64,000 nt of DNA from Rhizodiscina lignyota (taxonomy: Eukaryota), in contig ML978122.1 of NCBI GenBank assembly GCA_010015805.1, positions 1,212,453 through 1,276,452 of the forward strand, read 5' to 3'. The notes below the pieces were generated by a model, which did no database searches, was not told where the DNA came from, and worked only from the letters and a program-made list of their open reading frames with translations. Position 1 is the stretch's first letter. Each line of letters begins with the position of its first letter. Shown here one piece after another: positions 13,281 through 26,008 of this stretch. A program made the position numbers and the translations under genes.

Positions 13281-13885
13281 GATGGTGGCTCCTCTAGGAC
13301 TGGCGACGCGACAATTGCACGTACGGACACAATTGACGGTCGCGGAAAATCAGCAACGCGCTTCATTGCGGCTTTATGGAATTTTACGTGCGGCCGTCGC
13401 TCTCCTGCATGGGTCCAGTTTCTTATCGCTGGGCTCGCGAATTTTACGCCGCTTTCGCGAGCTGATTGACATCGCCAGACAAGGGCTCGAGCATGTCACT
13501 GGTGGAGATACGCCGGCCCTCCTCACTTGAATTTTGGATACGTATTTTGCGGCGCTTCGAGCGTATAGACTGGAGGTCAGCCGGTGAAATTAAACGGAAT
13601 TCGGATATTGAAGATGTTGGGGATGTACATGTATGGATGAGCTCTCGTCGTGATTCTTCGGGTTTCAGACGTGCGTTCTCCTAACCCCTGCCCATCTACA
13701 CGGCGAGTCTGTGCGAATCGCGTTGGTCACAGTCAACAATATGGCTTTCCACTTTCAATTTCTTCTGGTGAATCAGGTACATCAAGCTCATGATGCTGGA
13801 TCATGTTCGCCAGTCACCCAAAATGCTTTGCCGCTAAAGGACCATAGAGAAATCTAGCAAACCAAAGATCAAGTACTTTTGCCAT

Positions 13886-15365
13886 TTACCGAGCGCCTAG
13901 CTTCTCAAGAGCCTTACTTGGTCCCAGTTCATCCCATTCTTGTCTCGTTACCCACATGTTCTCCCTGTCGGCCATCTGCGAACCTCTGTCAGCATTGAAC
14001 TTGACGATATGATAGAAAAAGACATACGATATTCGCCAGCACGGCTCCACCTAAGAAGACCATATGCCGTCGACGCGGAGGATCTTCCACGCGAACCTTG
14101 AATTTCTGGAATATGGTGTTAGCCAAGGTCGTGCTTTTCCCATGTCATATTGGACATTATACGAACCTCTAGCCTCTCAGGATTTCCTTGCAGCACCTTC
14201 GTAAGCCAAAGCTGCTTCAGCTCCTTCTCCAATCGACTCGGCAGGCCAGGGTACATGCTACTCCCGCCGCTCAACACGACGGCTTTGTACAGACTTGAAC
14301 GAATGTCTACGTCTGCAGCTTGGATGGTGTTGAACAAGAACTCTCCGATGCCAGGCTGTTCCACATCAACGAGGTGCGGCTGGAATAAGCATTCTGGCGC
14401 CTCGAATCGTTCGCTGCCAACCCGTATGACACGCCCATCCGGAAGAGTGTATGATTCTACCAGCACCGTAGTGTCTTCGCTTAGCCTCTTGTCCAGTTCC
14501 AGGTCGTAGGAAACGTAGCATAGCTTTTCTTTTATCTGCCGAACAGTCTCAAAGTCTGCGGTTCTGTTGAGCGCATAACCTCTTCTGAGAAGGAGTCCGA
14601 TCAGGTTCCTGGTAACGTCTCTTCCTGCTACGTCTAATCTCCTGGTGAGGTGATTCAAGACTGTGCTCTCATAGACAGGTACAATGTGCGTAACGCCATC
14701 GCCCGAGTCGACCACTACACCTGAGGAGAGACCTTGGGCGTATAGCGCTAGTACGGCTTGGATCGCTACGTACACCCCGCCGAAATTGTATCGCTCGAAC
14801 ATGACCTCGCACATTTGTTCGCGATTCTTGAGAGGATTTAGAGGAGGCTCGGTAAGGAGGATCTTGCGGCCGGTGGTGTCGATCTTCATTTTCTCGTGGA
14901 ATGTGTAGTCCCAGAGATGTTGCATGTCGTCCCAGCGCTTTATGATTCCGTTCTCCATCTATAAGTCGCGAAAGATTCCGGTTAGCCTTGGGCTTCAAGA
15001 AGGCTTCCAAAGCAGACGGTGAGATGTATACACACTGGATAAGTGATCTGGAGCATGGAGCGCGCTGCTGCTGCCTCGTCACCGCACATGATGTCTTTCA
15101 CCACAATATCTCCATCGCGCTCCTCTGCTCGTAGGATCGGCCGGCCGACTATGGAAGGGAATTGATGATCTGGAAAATTCTGAAAAGTAATTGATTCAGC
15201 TTGTTGCCCTGAGCCTTCGTCCTGGGAGAGGATATGAACTCACCTGGCCCGCGGTGCCCACTTTGGCGAATCCAGTCCCATTATCGAGCACTAAAAACGT
15301 GTGAATTAGCATGGAATAAGCTGCATGGAAGTACTCTGAAGCTTACCAATCGGTGGCTCCGCCAT
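13886..15365 (-). CDS. ARP2: Actin-related protein 2 (Arp2/3 complex), multi-exon
   Basis: [81 protein letters not shown]; ends KALEKLGAR*. Confidence 0.96.
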
Positions 15366-15557
15366 GGCTGCGAAGAGTACGGTGGTGTAGATGTGGTCGC
15401 AAGATGAAGCTGAGCTCGTGCTAGGAATTCGACGTCGGAGGGGCTTTCCGTGGTGGTGCGCCGCAGGGATTACGCATCTTTGGTCAGTGGGCGTCTTGGC
15501 GGACAGCTTACAGTGGCTTTAAGTGTGGCTGGTGCTAGGCTGCCGAGGCTGCTTCGT

Positions 15558-15574
15558 TACCTTAAGTTAAGGTA
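15558..15574. promoter_or_regulatory. Perfect 8-1-8 dyad upstream of ARP2
   Basis: TACCTTAA-G-TTAAGGTA about 190 bp upstream of the ARP2 ATG. Confidence 0.3.
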
Positions 15575-16654
15575 CTGTATCCCGTTTAATCCTCTCACAC
15601 TTCTTTGTCTCTAAAAGCTCATTTGGTTATTTTTCATGAAAGAGACAGCGTATCTCGTACCTTTACACATCGTTTCAAGGCACTTAGCAGCTAAAGTTGC
15701 TGATCTCTAACCTCTCGCAATTGAATATGTTGATTAGAAGCATCACGTACAACAACACACGCCACCGTTCCTGTGAGGGATTTCAAGGGCGAATGGACTC
15801 TTCTCGATGCCCAATTAGCTGTGAACTATCAGCTTGCTCGACTCCGCAATTTGCACAACTTCACACGACCCGACAACACGTTTATTCCTACCCCTGCAAT
15901 TTTTCGAGCGCACCCTAGGCGCCATGCCATAGACCAAAAGGGTCAGGATCCCAGGGAACCACCTCCATGTTATTATCCTCGCACTCGCAACACGCACCCT
16001 CTCTTATGTCGAAAATTTATTTCAATAATGCCGGTTTGCATGTTACCATACATAGTCAAAAGTTCACTAGTCTAAGCTGAGCGTCTGCGCTCAGAACGGC
16101 CGTTCGCAGCTGCACCTCCTTTTTCAAGGGTTGAAACCCGAGCCGCCGAACCTTTGGATCCAATGGCTCCAAGCATGCCCCTGTGCGAGCGATAGCCACT
16201 GTTACAGCCTTGCTGCTCTTCCTTGACAGGCGCTTCGCGAAGCGCCTGACATGCTGGCGGCTTACTGCCGTCTGCTATGGACATGAGCGAGCCGAGAGAG
16301 GGCCTCGAGCATGCAGCTATCCAGTGTCATTGCGACGAGTCGTCTGATATTTTTTGCTCACGGACTTCGTACGTAGACGCTGTTTCGCATATGGCACAGC
16401 ATGTACGTCTAGTTGATGTTCACAGCCTTGGATTAGGCGCCTGCTATGGCCTGGTAAATATTCTATTGCTCTTCACCCGCCAGAGGGACTGGTTCATTTC
16501 ATGTTGGCTGTGCCGCACACCTGCAGCTCTGACTTATTTCTCTGAAGGGACGCACTCTCTCTATGTCCCATTTGGATCTCTGAATATCATGTGGTAACAG
16601 TCATTACTCTTTCTCGTTTCTGATAGCTACAGCCTCATACGCCAGTTTTTACCC

Positions 16655-19600
16655 ATGGTCGGAATATCTAACCGTCTGAAGACGAAGCGCCCTTGGCGCC
16701 TGTTCTCGAAGGTGATCGCATCTTCAGATCTTGTCATTATTCCTGCATAGTCTTATATCTTACGCGGGAGGCTAATATGTTTGTAAACAGAGTAGTGATC
16801 ATGTACTCCTCACTCCCACAACCAGTCATGAAGTCTCTCCTTCAGTGGTACCCAAGTCGAACGGTTCGAAAGCTTCTGGGCACGACCATGCACATACTAT
16901 ACCGGTACCGCTTGATACGAAGCCTGCTTCACTGAATGAGCAGGGTCACAGTGTCCCATCGCAACATCCATTGATGGACCGAGCGGTTGAGAAGCATAGT
17001 AAGAAGTGTACAGCCAAGAAGTGTCCCTGCGCGGCTCTGGACATAAGCCATCTGCAAGATGAGTTGAACGAAATGATCTCTTCAAAACAATCGGACAAGC
17101 CTTGGATCCGGGAAAAGCTCCAGACTGCTCTCCCATCTCTCAAGGGCTTGGAACCATGGGTGGACATCATCGATGCTATTGCTCAGGTGAATCCAATTTC
17201 AGGACAGGTCTCCGGCTTGGTTCACGTTGCGTTAAAGGTATCCCGATTCCCCAACGTTACGATAAGTTTAACAATCACTTCATACAGTATCACTGACATA
17301 GTTATTTCTTAGGTCGCCATTGTCGTCGGAGACCAATACGATAATGCCGTTGATTCCGTGCAATATGTCAGAGAAATATTGTATCTTTTAGCGTTGTATG
17401 AAAAAAACGGACCCCCTCCGGACCTTGTAGAGGTACTGTAATCGTACTCGACCCAACTTTACAAGTTCTAACCCGGTGCTAGGATGTTATTCAAGCCTAC
17501 GACGACGTCTTCAATTTCCTGTGCATCGTAAATGCTCATAACCACGCTCTCAAAGAAGCACAGGATCGTCTTGAAAGCAGTGTCAAACGCCTGGAGTCAA
17601 AAGCCACTTCCGAAATACTGAACTCAGTTCAGAAAATATCCAAGCTCCATAGCAGCGCAGAACTGGAGCGTAAAAGTCAGTTCGCCCCCTGAGATTATGA
17701 TCTGATATCATATATTGAGCTGATTGTAGGGATCGAGTGCTTGAAAGAAATCTATGACAATGGAACTCCGAACGAAGAGAAGGTTGATATCCCCAAACCT
17801 GCCGAGGACACATGCAAATGGGTATACGACTCCTCGGACTCCCGTGAACTCCAGCCATGGCGCGATTGGAGAGATTCAAAAGAGTCTGGCATAATGCTAA
17901 TAGTAGGAGGTATCGGTACTGGAAAATCTACCCTCGCTTTCAATGCGATCAATGCTCTTCGGAACTTTCCATCGTCGCAATCCAGATTAGTGAGCGCTTC
18001 CTTTTGCAGAGCTCAAATGAAATTCGACAACGAAGAGGCAATCCTTTGTGGACTGTTATACGGGGTCGTGCGTGAGGATGAGGAAGCGATGAACATTTTG
18101 GTGGAGCATCGAGACGACCCCACCCAGAAAAAGGTCGGGAGAAATCTCAATGCCTTTAAGAGTTTCAGTCTCAGAGAGTGCTTCACGAAATGCGTGCAGG
18201 TGCGCAAAAAGGAGCTCTGCTTAGTCGTCGACGGCCTCGACGAATGTACGGAAACTTCTCGAGATCAGCTGTTACTCCATTTCAAGAATCTTGTCGAAAA
18301 TGCGCGCAAGGACACATCGTCTCCGCCACTAAAGATTTTGTTTCTTTCTCGCCCGGTCACGACGATTACAGGAAAGCTCTCATCGTCGAAAAGACTTCAC
18401 CTGGCCGATATTCGAAAGTCGAGTGATACAAGAGTCGTCATCGAGCACCTCGTTGGACGCGACATGTTTCGGTTAGACGATAATGAGCGGATGAAGTTGA
18501 TCTCTCTATTAGAAGAGAAAGCAGATGGCTGCCTCCAATGGGCTACGGTTATCGTGGGGCATTTGAAACGAGTTCCATCGGATACTTTGGATGGCATCGA
18601 ATCCGAGCTGGCAGAACTATCAAACGACGGAAACGACTTAGATCGCACGTACCTGGAACTGTTCAAACGACAATTTAATGGAGGTTTTGCGGACTATGCT
18701 GACACAGCCTTGAGGCTTATAGCCGGCGCTGCTAGGCCCTTGTCCGTTCACGAGCTTGCGAATGCAATGATCGTCAATCCCCTACGAGCTAAAGTAGCGT
18801 CTAGAGGAGATTTCGAGAAATGGGCGCACGTCGGTCGCGTGAGAGGGCTTGAGCCCCTGGTGCGCATTTCACAACAGTCTTCCAAGATTCTAATGCACAG
18901 TTCGCTTAGAGAACTCATCTCGCGTACTCCGCATCTTGGGAAGTCCGACAGTAAAATCAACTCCGATAATCCGTCTTCGAAGTTCGGCTTAAGCAAGCTT
19001 CTGGCTACGACCTGTCTGGACTACCTTCTCCTGCCGTATTTTCGGAATGTAGACGTCAGGAAGGAGTTTGACTTTGACAGAGAGGAGGAAACGGAGTGGC
19101 TGATGTGCATGAACCCAGATGCAGAGGAGAACGGGGATGAGCTGTCTGAAAACGATGAAGACCAAGGAGCAGGAAGCGGACGTGGTCCCCATTTCTTCGC
19201 GTATGCCGCTGAGTATTGGACACAACACCTTTCGGATACGGACTTCCCCGACAATCTCATCCGCAAATCACTCGACCTGACAGCAGCAGCGTCTAAGCAA
19301 TGCGACAATTGGTGGAAGCAATATAAGTTTGCAAAAGGTCAATGGGAACCGCAAGCTCCCGAGGCTATAAGCCCAGCCGTTGCCGCAATTTACTTTGAGC
19401 ACAAGCCCGTCATCGAATCTCTCCTCAAGGACGTCCAAAAGCAAGCGTTGGACACCCACCAGGATAACGCCGAACATCTCAGACGAGAAGACGTTGTCAA
19501 TTACAACACATTGGAGCTTGCTATATATATGGAGAGTTACGAGATCTTCAAGCTTTTGTACAAAGCCGCGACCGATGATGAGATTAGAACGGATGGGGCT

Positions 19601-20371
19601 TGGCACCTACTTACTGCACTGCAGGAGAGACGGGAAGATGTCGTCGAGGTGCTTGTGAATGATCCAAGAGTTGAACTCTCTCGAAGATTTTCTGAGCATG
19701 GACACAAAACCATTTTGACGGACATGGCCATAAAGAAGTGCAATGTTGAGACTCTTCGAGGACTCTTACGATTGTTGGAAACCGAGAGGCGACATGAGAT
19801 CATGGGCCTTCTACAGGACGAAGGAGATGATGCCCAATGCTCTCCACTCTGGTATGCGGCCTACTGGGGACACACGGATTTTGTCGAAGCGCTGTGCTGT
19901 CTGGATACAGATACGATTCGTCCTCAGCTTCTATGTCCTGGTCAAGACAATATACATATCGTTGCTACCGCAGCACGCCGAGGGAACCGACGTATCGTGG
20001 AGGCCTTACTGAAGCACTGCCCAGACTATGCGGATAGACGGTGCTCTGACAGGGATACTCCACTTAGCATGACGAGAGAGAACTCGGATGATAAGGCCGC
20101 TGATGTCGCTGAAGTTCTTCTCGCAACCGGACTGGTGGATATCGAATCGACAAACGATTTCGACAAAACTCCCTTGATGGGGGCCTTCAAAAGTCAGAAG
20201 CTAGAGCTTTGCAAGGTGCTCGTCCGACATAGCGCTGATATCTCTAAAATCATCGATTTCTCCGAACATAATTCGCCAATTTGCCGCGTTAGTTCCGGGT
20301 TTCCGGTTACTGATGCGGAGAATCGGGATGTCCTTGCAAAATTGTACGACGAAATGAAGCGCGATTTTTAG
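16655..20371 (+). CDS. Fungal NLR-like STAND protein: N-terminal helical (Goodbye/NACHT_N-like) domain, NACHT NTPase, ankyrin repeats
   Basis: Walker A GGIGTGKST, Walker B LVVDGLDEC, LKILFLSRP, ARPLSVHEL, FFAYAAEYWTQH, ankyrin-like SPLWYAAYWGH and TPLMGA; five exons inferred. Confidence 0.88.
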
Positions 20372-20939
20372 TATTATTGCATTGCAATGTTGCGGAATTA
20401 TTGTCATGGGGAAGGCGCAGAGAACAAAATGCGCGGCGTAGTATGCTGTACAGAGGGTTTCATGAGCCGCGAGGGCTCATTGCGAGATGTTCTAACATCC
20501 GGTGAGACTCCCTCAAGTATGGGCACAAAGGGTTTAGATTGAAAAATAGAATGAGATTTACTTCATGTTATCTTTTGTCCCTCTGGTACTGCCAAGACAT
20601 TTACTGTTGTGCGGCGCCGAGCGCAGGTCTTCGTCATTTACATCAACCAGTCTAAGAGAACACACAATTGATCCTACGTGTACAAACTCTGATCTACAAA
20701 CCCCAATTGAAAGAATGGGCACAAACCCCAAGCGTTCAGAACAACACTCAAATACACCCTTTCCCGTCAGATATCTTTCTGTGACGCGACCGAATTGACA
20801 ACAACCAAACTTGTCTGCCAAACACAACCTGTTTCTCTACTTATATTCGACCATCATTCAGCCCACTTATACTATAGTTCCAAAAGCCTCAAGGCGTGAA
20901 AATATTGGATGAGGAGACGTCGAACCAGGTCCGAGCTGC

Positions 20940-21749
20940 TCACGGTAGACCAGCGTCTTGAGGCAGCTTCTTCCGAAGAACGAAAGCGTAATATTCGAAA
21001 GATCCGTCGCCATCGGACAAAGTTTCGACCACAACATCCCACTGATCGTGCCGATTGAGTAAGGGTCTCACGAAATGTGGCTGTCGGTACGTGACATATA
21101 AAAAGATACCGTCGTCTTTCAGTATTCTCATGACCTTTGAATTCGTAGTTAGTCATCCATCTATTTCAACTTTCAACTTCGCGCCAAAAACACTAGCATT
21201 TAATTATAGTGCGAACTTGCCTCATCAATATATCGTCCTGAATTTTCTTTTACCGTTTCTGGTGGGTCCCACGGACTCCCAAAAATCATGGCGTCTAGTG
21301 TGCCCTTATCAAAGGCAACGTCGACGCTACCCGCGGGCTCTGGCAAGGCACGCACATCTGCGCACTTCCATTCGATCCCAGAGTCATCAGCATACCGCTC
21401 ACGCATCTGCTGAATGACAACGGCGGAGAAGTCGACGCAGATCTGGCGGCTATAGCCTAGAACATGGAGATCGTGCGGAATAGTCTGATGTCAAAATTTC
21501 GTTGGCATCGTCCAAGTCAACAGAGAGGAATGAACTATATACACTATCGCCACATCCCAAGTGTATAATGACAGGATCTCGCTCTGCTGGACGAGCGTCG
21601 AATAGATGCTTTGAAAGCCAAGGCTTCAAGCTGTCGAAGCCTCGAAACCACTCATGGGTAGGCTGATCGTCCAAATGGTCTCCAGTCTCATATCGTTTAT
21701 CCCAATAAGAAGCAAAGGCAAGCTCGTCGGCCTTTTTGGGCTCTCCCAT
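20940..21749 (-). CDS. EEF1AKMT4/METTL13-N-like protein lysine methyltransferase, 3 exons
   Basis: YWDKRY..HEWF, IHLGCGDS, VDFSAVVI, AFDKGTLDAM, VTYRQPHF; second intron is GC-AG (21135-21220). Confidence 0.85.
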
Positions 21750-23385
21750 TTAGACGAAAAGATGGTGATAAAAGGTGCTCTAAGCATCTGGAGTTGGAGG
21801 AGGTTCTTTGCCATGACCTTTTCACACGACGCCATTTTGGACTTAGCGCTTGCTTACCGAGTTTTGCGCTTTCAGTTTCCGTAGCTAACGCTAGCTTCCG
21901 GGGATTTAGGAAGTGGCGTGAAAAGGGCTGTATACCTCGGCTTTCGATTAATTGGCTAAGCCTGATGGGCAGTTGCTGAAGTTTACCTCATCCGACGGTA
22001 CCATCATACCTCGCCTAATTGCCTCTAGAAGGAAACTTTAACTTCTTATGTTCCATCTCCTTGGTGCTGAGCGTTCATTGGGACGCAATAATATGAGGGA
22101 CTAAAAGGAGACTCGAGACGAAACGGACATTAGAAGCCTGACCCTAGCTGACTCATCCTATCGTGCCTCCAGACACCGACGAAGTCCTTCAACCACAGCG
22201 AGCGAGCCACAGCTGCGGAGAGGTTGCAAACCGAAGACATCACCGGTCGGTAAAGCATCAGCGCCCTCATGTTGTTCCGGACTTCAACCACATTCGTCAA
22301 TGAGATGAAACGGCTAATAATAATGTCCTAACGAAGGGCTGGCAAGACTCGAAGCGCCTCCGTCCGACTGACTTTCTCGGACGATAATTATCTTCCATCT
22401 TCCTCACTTCACCTCGCTGCTCCCCGACCTGTACAGGCGAAAGCACTGGTGGAGAAATACCAACCACAGAGGCGATGAGTCCTTTTGCGGATTCGGACAC
22501 TATCCCCTACACTTCGACGTGAATTTGAGGATTGTCTATGCCTACAGGACAGACGACTTTGGCTTCCGCTCATAGCTTCGGCCGTACGATACTTCGATCG
22601 TCTATACATAAATGTACTAGGTCTGGGGGATGGGTCCTGGGGTTGACTAGATAAAGCCTTCGACCCACGCGGGTTCAGGCGCAAATGCCCAAGAAGTGGA
22701 ACTTAAGTGGCTCTGAGACACCCTATTATAGTTGCCTTTAGCACTTAAAGGAAGGTTCCGCGTGTTAGTGAGTTTACATTCGAGGTGGTCAGGAGGTAGC
22801 TTAAGTGCCTGCCTTGACAATTTGCTTCGTATTGTCGTCGACAAGAGACGCCGTTGCCGGTCTCATACGCTCACAGGAACCTAGTTCATTCGCATTACAG
22901 TGTCGCCAACGTGAGGTAAATTCACAAATGACCCTCCTATCTTTCAGACAATCTGAGTTTTGACTTGGTTTCTCATGCTTCTTTTCCTAATTCAGGCCAC
23001 CAATGCTCCTCCCGCAAGGGTTGCGAAAGGTCGGGAGCTCACGTCAAAATACGCCGACGCACGTCATTGGTTCTCGATTAAAGTGCACCCACTTGTGGTC
23101 GGAGGGTCGGATATGAAATTAAAATCTTCGCCGTGTGGAAACCATCGAACGCGCAGACTACCTCCGTCAACAGTGGCAAAATTCCGAATACTGCCGAGAA
23201 GGCCTCGTTGAATTCTTGCCGCATGACGGAGACCGACTCCGACAGTATGCGCCGAAGTTTGAAATGGATAGAAACGAAGATTATTCAACATAAGTATCTC
23301 ATAACATGTGATGTTTCTGCATATCTTATCATACCTCGAGAAGTATATTGATCACGCTTCGGTTCAGAAGCAAGAGAATTTCTCC

Positions 23386-24672
23386 ATGTCATCTCACGTT
23401 CAAGTTGCCATTATTGGAGCCGGCTTCGCTGGCACAGTCCTTGCTCTATCTCTCAAGAAGCACAACGTTACATCATCTGTTTATGAGTCTCGATTGGACG
23501 GTAACACACAGGGCGGTAACATTGCTCTCGCTCCGAACGCTCTCCGGGTGCTTGATCATGTTGGTGTCTACGATGATGTCCGGGCTGCAGGGTTCGTATA
23601 TGAAGAGCTTGGATTGAACAGCAACACAGGTACGAACCTCGGGGAGTTCCTCAACGGCAGCGAGAAGCTCTACAACTATCCTGCAATCAGAGTTCGCCGG
23701 TCGGATGCGAGACGCTCTCTTCTGCGGAAGCTAAAAGAGGAGGCTATCCCTGTCCACTACGGCAAAAAGATGATGAAGATTACTGAGGAGAGTAAGGATA
23801 ACGTCGCCGTAGTGTTTGAAGACCGTACACAGGTTACTACCAGCATTGTGATCGGGTGCGATGGTGTCCACTCGAAAGTTCGCGAGTACATCTACCCTGA
23901 TGTTAGCCCACATCACAATGGGATCGTCGGAATCCAAGGCACAGCCTTTGGCGAAGACTTACAAGACCAGCACTGGCCGAAAGCTCTTCCAAGAATCGTG
24001 CTTGGTCCAGAGGAAGTTTTTGGAATCGTGCCGGCCAACCCTGCAGGTACAGAGATTGGGTTCATATCGACAATGAAAGCACCTATCGGCTCGCCGGCAT
24101 ACGAGATTGCTATGAAGCCCGACAAAGCAGACTTCGCAGCACTGCTCCGACGCAAGTTCTGCTCGACGATATGGCCGGTTCCGGTGCAAGTTCTCGCTGA
24201 TAGAGTTCAACCGCAGACACTGTTGACTTTTCCGTTCAATATCATGCCTGATATCCCAAAGTGGTTCTCTCCCTCGGGGCGTGTCATCTTCATAGGTGAC
24301 GCTGCTCATGCAATGCCGCCAACGGGAGGACAGGGAGCTGCAATGGCTTTCGAGGACGCTGAAACGCTTAGCCATGTCATCCGCTATATCAATCGGGCTG
24401 CCAAAATGTACGACGCTCTTATGCGCAAATCCCCTAAAACGATGGCTGAGCTGCTTGATCTCTGGTGCAATCATCGCAAGGAGCGGGTTAGCAGAGTCCA
24501 AAATTTTACAAGCCGCAGCGGAAAAGTCATGACGAGCCCTCCAGGCTATCTTCAGAGAGTTGTGAAGGAGTGGTATGTTTGGGCGGGTTTGAATTGGACT
24601 GGTCGTACGCTTGGAGCAGAATGGATCTATCAATATCAGTGCGAGGACATGAATGGATTACTGTCTCTGTGA
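23386..24672 (+). CDS. FAD-dependent monooxygenase (group A, salicylate hydroxylase-like), intronless
   Basis: VAIIGAGFAG, VIGCDGVHSKVR, IFIGDAAHAMPPTGGQGAAMAFEDA. Confidence 0.92.
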   Translation: MSSHVQVAIIGAGFAGTVLALSLKKHNVTSSVYESRLDGNTQGGNIALAPNALRVLDHVGVYDDVRAAGFVYEELGLNSNTGTNLGEFLNGSEKLYNYPAIRVRRSDARRSLLRKLKEEAIPVHYGKKMMKITEESKDNVAVVFEDRTQVTTSIVIGCDGVHSKVREYIYPDVSPHHNGIVGIQGTAFGEDLQDQHWPKALPRIVLGPEEVFGIVPANPAGTEIGFISTMKAPIGSPAYEIAMKPDKADFAALLRRKFCSTIWPVPVQVLADRVQPQTLLTFPFNIMPDIPKWFSPSGRVIFIGDAAHAMPPTGGQGAAMAFEDAETLSHVIRYINRAAKMYDALMRKSPKTMAELLDLWCNHRKERVSRVQNFTSRSGKVMTSPPGYLQRVVKEWYVWAGLNWTGRTLGAEWIYQYQCEDMNGLLSL

Positions 24673-25128
24673 ATCTCAGAATTGACGGGGGTGCCATTTT
24701 AAATATAGCTCATCTAAGATTGCTGCGCGTCATAATTATTGATAGTAATTTTGGCAGCGATCGTCTCCATGTCACAGACACCCCACGCAAGCCTTATTGA
24801 CGTGAATTTGGTTTATCTTGATATTTGCCACTGTGTCTCGACTATTTCTCGTCTTAATCTAAACGATCTGACCAATCAGCTGCTAGCGTCGTGAGGCTGA
24901 GCTCGTATATTGAGTGGCGTAAGGGATAAGGTTACGAAGGATCGTCCCGTTTGGCACCCACAATCCTCAAGCTCAGGGCAGCGTACCTTGCTAACCAACT
25001 TGGACAGAGCGCGGTTGGAATTAGGGTTCATCACTCCGCATTATATTTGAGCCCGGTCTGGAACCAAATTTTCAAGATGCGTTCACAGGTTTCCCCTCGA
25101 AGTTGGCTTCCAATGCTACCTGTCGACC

Positions 25129-26008
25129 ATGGCAGATGCTCCAGAAGTCGTTCCCGGCTCCTTGCCAGATAATGGCAATCCAATTCCCGATGACAAATTC
25201 GAGACAAAAGATGTCAATACGAGTGAGTCGTCTCTCAAATCGGACCCTCGCAAGTTCGAACAAGCGGAGAAGGAACTGAGCTACGTGAACGAGGAGACGA
25301 GTCCGAAACATGCCATTGAGTCGGATGATCGTGCGGGCTCTGGGCTAGAGGTATTAAAAATCGAGAAAGAGACAGGGCAGACTCCTTTGAGTCCTGACGT
25401 GCCGCCGTATGAAGAGCACGCGAGGGCACAGTCCAGACCGGAGGAGATATCCGAAAGTGACTGGCACCATGGATTTTGGGATTGCTGCCGACCGTCAGGG
25501 CTCTGTATGTCATTCCAACATAGATGTATCTTGCGACATTGCGTTGCGGTGCTGATATTTGAACAGGGCTCGAGTCTCTTCTCTGTCCATGCGTCCTTGT
25601 AGGTCGAACACATACACGTCTACACAAGCCCGACACGACACATCTCCCGACAGCGAACATGTACTGCATGTCTTGCAGTTCTCTCGGACTCTTCATGATT
25701 GTTGGAGCTCCGCTCTTTGCAATTATGACATCGGGGCAGAGGAGAGAAGTCAGGTACGTACGCAAGACGTGTATATTTGTCGCAAGGCATGGAACGCATC
25801 CTGACGTGGGGATTGGGCGTTTAGGTATAAATATCACATCAAAGGATCGAATGGCGACGATTGTTGGAGATCGACGTTCTGTTGCTGGTGTGCCATCATT
25901 CAAGAAGAAAAAGAGGTGCAGTGGCAGATAGAGAAGAGGAAGAAGGAAACTGAAAACAGGAGTGGAATGACAGGGAGGGAAGACATGATGGAATACAAAC
26001 CAGGTTAG
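25129..26008 (+). CDS. PLAC8-family cysteine-rich protein, 3 exons
   Basis: DWHHGFWDCC..LFCPCVLVGRT..QRREVR|YKYHIKGSNGDDCWRSTFCCWCAIIQEEKEV. Confidence 0.88.

Noticed and set aside
15400..17300. NLR-amyloid signalling pair (HET-s/NWD2-like)
   Set aside because: No recognisable amyloid motif at the NLR N-terminus and no adjacent HeLo/HELL/SesB effector gene seen
22380..22630. Possible pseudogene (LPDLYRRKHWWRN..VYAYRTDDFGF with stops)
   Set aside because: No recognisable family; cannot be distinguished from intergenic sequence without a search
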